The position numbers and the translations under genes are program-made. This document shows, piece by piece, positions 61,099 through 64,000 of a stretch of 64,000 nt of DNA. Source of the stretch: an uncultured Verrucomicrobiae bacterium. GTDB taxonomy: Bacteria; Verrucomicrobiota; Verrucomicrobiia; Chthoniobacterales; JAFAMB01. Under the pieces are notes generated by a model. That model did no database searches and was not told where the DNA came from. It worked only from the letters and a program-made list of their open reading frames with translations. The DNA lies in contig CAVXLD010000012.1 in the NCBI GenBank assembly GCA_963762565.1, forward strand, positions 224,001-288,000. The letters run 5' to 3'. The number at the start of each line of letters is the position of its first letter. Position 1 is the stretch's first letter.

Positions 61099-62160
61099 AT
61101 GAACGGCGGACTCACCATCCCTTACGTCAGGAATGAACGCCAGGAAAAATCCGCGTTCCGATTGCCGATCTGGTTTCTTATCACGGCAGGGCTGGTCGTT
61201 GCTTCGGTATTGGTTTGGCAAGGAATCACCGCCCACGGTTCTCCGGATCCGACGGTGGCGAACACCACCCGTATCTCGGGCATCTTTGACATCGGGATCC
61301 TGGTCTTTCGAGAAGGGTTAGAATGTATCCTGGTTCTCTCGGCGATCATGGCGAATATGGTCGGGGATCGAGAGTCGCACCGAAAGCCTGTGGTCACCGG
61401 GGCCGGCGTTGGGTTCATTGTCACAATCGTCACTTGGTTTGTGGCTGTCGGCATTATCAGCGACCTGAACCAAAGCATTTCCGCGCTGGACTTGCAGGCC
61501 GCAACCGGCCTGCTAGCGGTCATTGTGCTCCTGGTGGTGATGAATTGGTTCTTCCACAAGGTCTATTGGGGGGGATGGATCTGTTTCCATAACCGCCGAA
61601 AACGTGACCTGCAGGCGGGAGCTAAGAACGCACAAATCACGAAATGGAGTTTGCTCTGGGGTCTCGGACTTCTCGGGTTTTCTTCGCTGTACCGGGAAGG
61701 GTTCGAGGTCGTTCTGTTCCTGCAAAGCTATTACCTGAAGATGGGATGGAAACCGGTTCTGTTCGGGGCTGTGCTCGGATTGATTTTTTCGGGATTGGTC
61801 GGTGTCCTGACCTTTGTCGCGCATCGCCGGCTTCCGTACCGGAAAATGCTGGTATTGACTGGGATTCTTTTGGGCGCGGTGCTCCTGGTCATGGTGGGAG
61901 AGCAAGCGCAAGAAATGCAGCTCGCGCATTGGATACCGACCACGAAGGTAGACTTGCTCAGCGGTATTCCGGATTGGGCCGGGGTCTGGTTTTCGATTTA
62001 CCCGACGGTCCAGACCCTCGTAGCGCAGTTTCTGGCGGCCCTTGTGGTGGTCGGATCTTACTTCTTCGCACGACGGAGTGGGGGGCGGGGTGGGGGAGCT
62101 AGCGGCGAGTGCGTAGGAAGTAAGGAGGAGCGAGGAACTTTGGTGGGGCGAGGCTCCTGA
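61099..62160 (+). CDS. FTR1/EfeU family iron permease
   Basis: Two RExxE motifs (FREGLE, YREGFE); about 8 TM segments. Confidence 0.92.
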   Translation: MNGGLTIPYVRNERQEKSAFRLPIWFLITAGLVVASVLVWQGITAHGSPDPTVANTTRISGIFDIGILVFREGLECILVLSAIMANMVGDRESHRKPVVTGAGVGFIVTIVTWFVAVGIISDLNQSISALDLQAATGLLAVIVLLVVMNWFFHKVYWGGWICFHNRRKRDLQAGAKNAQITKWSLLWGLGLLGFSSLYREGFEVVLFLQSYYLKMGWKPVLFGAVLGLIFSGLVGVLTFVAHRRLPYRKMLVLTGILLGAVLLVMVGEQAQEMQLAHWIPTTKVDLLSGIPDWAGVWFSIYPTVQTLVAQFLAALVVVGSYFFARRSGGRGGGASGECVGSKEERGTLVGRGS

Positions 62161-62355
62161 AGAGCTCGGCGATTGACCACGGGTAGACCGTACGAACGTC
62201 GAGATATGAATGAGCAAGGCCGATAGACGCGCCGAGCCGTGGCCCACGATAGACCACGGCTCGGCGCGATTTTAGGCGTAACAGCACAACGTGGACTGAC
62301 GTTACCGACAGCTTCGCGTGGGCGGCTGGGTTATTCGGGAGCCTCGCCCCACCAA
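62140..62355. repeat. Palindromic element family C, intact copy
   Basis: TTGGTGGGGCGAGGCTCC / GGAGCCTCGCCCCACCAA ends, central palindrome; overlaps the FTR1 stop codon. Confidence 0.85.
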
Positions 62356-62370
62356 GGCCGCTCACAGCTC

Positions 62371-63585
62371 CTAGCCTTCCCCTGCCAGCCTAAACTTTCG
62401 GTCGGGTTCGAGACTGCCCTCTAGGCCGGTCTTGATCCATTGTTCCCCGTTCTCGAACTGCGCGAGCCGGGAGACATCGACCTCGCCGCTAAGGTCGAGC
62501 GGTCGGGGCAGAAAATCGCCCGAGACAAGCAACTCACCAGACCGCGTTTTGAGGTCGTTCGCGTTAACCGGTTCACCATGTCCGTTCGATTCGGAGGATC
62601 GAGGTTCAATCCTGATTTTGACGTCAGCGAAGAACTCACCGACCCAGCGAGCGGCGCCCACGCTCTGGTACTCATTCAAGGAACAGGAGGCCAACGGGAC
62701 GTCTTGCCCGAAAACGAGCTCGACATTGGCAAATTGCTGGCAACGGACAAAGAACTCGAGGCTCTCCGGTGGCAATGGAGCATCGATAATGAAGATCTTA
62801 TGCAGGGGCGATGAATTCTTGCGTAAGTAATGCAAAAGAAATGCGGCTGGCGCTGTAACTCGAGCCGGCTGAAACTTCTCAACTTGCTGGCTTCGAGAAC
62901 GCTGGGAGAGCAGGCCAGGTCTAACTGGGACGACGCTCGTCGCTCCAGCGGTTGAATTAGCCAATAGAAGCAACGGCCAATCGCAAAGATCGATCTCGCC
63001 TGCCTTCATTTTCAGATAGCTCACCAAGCGTTGTACCGATCGGGAGAGTTGAGATTGCGTCCATCCTCGAGGCTCGAGCCCGCCGAAACCGGCTCTTCTC
63101 AGTTCAATCAATGCCAAATCTGTTTTAGCCAGCTCAACCGGTGTGCCGAACTTGCCAATCCGCAAGATTCGATTCTCGAAACGAAAGGCGTGCGGGAAAA
63201 GCTTCTTCGGAATCAAACGCAGCTGGCGGTGAAAACGCTGAGCCAACCATTTAGATTGGGGTAAGACGCAGGCTGCTGGCCGGCACTGTTCCACCCACTG
63301 GGCGAAAGGCTTCAAGCTGGTTAATGCGTCGCACAAGGTCGGAACCGCTCCGATTTGCAAAAGCGCTAGCAAAAATAGATAAAGCTCTTGGGAGGGGTCC
63401 AACAGCATGAGAACCTGATCTCCTTTTTTTATCCCTTCTTCATCGAGGCGCAGGGCGAGAAAATCGACGGACCGGTTGAGAGCAGCGTACGTCAGGACTC
63501 GGTCCCCGAAGAAGGTCCGGTCCACAATAGCTGGCACTCCAGGTTGAAGTTCAGCACGATGCCGGAGGGTTTGAATGATGTTCAT
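62371..63585 (-). CDS. AMP-binding (ANL superfamily) fold protein with degenerate motifs
   Basis: LTYAAL, GIKKGDQV, LALLQIGAVP, GELLVSG, WIKTG; the P-loop and C-terminal subdomain are not recognisable. Confidence 0.7.
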   Translation of the reverse strand: MNIIQTLRHRAELQPGVPAIVDRTFFGDRVLTYAALNRSVDFLALRLDEEGIKKGDQVLMLLDPSQELYLFLLALLQIGAVPTLCDALTSLKPFAQWVEQCRPAACVLPQSKWLAQRFHRQLRLIPKKLFPHAFRFENRILRIGKFGTPVELAKTDLALIELRRAGFGGLEPRGWTQSQLSRSVQRLVSYLKMKAGEIDLCDWPLLLLANSTAGATSVVPVRPGLLSQRSRSQQVEKFQPARVTAPAAFLLHYLRKNSSPLHKIFIIDAPLPPESLEFFVRCQQFANVELVFGQDVPLASCSLNEYQSVGAARWVGEFFADVKIRIEPRSSESNGHGEPVNANDLKTRSGELLVSGDFLPRPLDLSGEVDVSRLAQFENGEQWIKTGLEGSLEPDRKFRLAGEG

Positions 63586-63637
63586 GGTTGATCCGGGAGA
63601 CCAGCTACCTAAACCGGGTGAAGCCCCAAAGGGCATT

Positions 63638-64000
63638 TCACAGAAATCGAAAACTAAACTGACGACTCAGAATGCCTTGAGGTTGAATCACCTGGATTCC
63701 GATTTTCTTCTCGAAAGGTTCTTGCTGTTTGTGGTCCGGCAGACCCCAGCATGGCTCAATACATATGAAAGGGTTAAGATCGCTCCAGATCGTAAAGAAC
63801 GGCGCTTCGGAAAGGTCTATTTGGACTTCCCTCTTTTCTTTCAGGTCCTGAAGTTTGACGACGTATTCGTCGACTTCAATCGCTTGTATCAGGAATGAGT
63901 CAGGGAGCTCAAAAGGCTTGCAGGGAAACGAGTCGCCTGCAGAACTGAAATCAACGGTCTCGCCGCTCAAAAAGTTCCCGGGAGCGAGATAACGCCGGTA
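63638..64000 (-). CDS. Aldose 1-epimerase (galactose mutarotase/LacX-like) family protein, 5'-truncated by window edge
   Basis: TIWS...PFICIEPCWGLPD....FEKKIGI..I.P C-terminal motif. Confidence 0.8.
   Translation of the reverse strand, partial: YRRYLAPGNFLSGETVDFSSAGDSFPCKPFELPDSFLIQAIEVDEYVVKLQDLKEKREVQIDLSEAPFFTIWSDLNPFICIEPCWGLPDHKQQEPFEKKIGIQVIQPQGILSRQFSFRFL

Overview
This is a bacterial chromosomal window, probably from a soil Verrucomicrobiota (Chthoniobacterales-like) genome. That assignment is inferred from the 23S sequence, gene content and repeat style, and I have not verified it. The window opens with the 3' part of a 23S rRNA, a 5S rRNA and a terminator. It then holds about 60 genes: housekeeping genes (ppiB, alkB, infA, leuA, rarA, tatC, argH, hom-thrC-lysC, alr), many small-molecule-modifying enzymes, a propeller/Y_Y_Y hybrid sensor kinase with a LuxR-type response regulator, and an FTR1 iron permease preceded by a Fur box. 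Intergenic DNA is densely filled with several REP/REPIN-like palindrome families and short tandem repeats. Most notable: (1) an IS110 element inserted into one arm of a REPIN, whose structured upstream non-coding region carries sequence matching both insertion junctions (candidate bridge RNA), plus a hybrid REP copy and an orphan IS end elsewhere in the window; (2) an unannotated 28-codon, 12-Leu leader ORF upstream of leuA with no intrinsic terminator; (3) two kinds of MITE, one with IS630-type ends (2 copies) and one with IS481-type ends nested in a palindromic repeat; (4) a REP-like repeat inserted in frame into the kinase; (5) two apparent pseudo-enzymes (PfkB-like and adenylate-forming-like). 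Several genes are frameshifted, which could be real decay or long-read consensus errors. I found no tRNA or CRISPR array.
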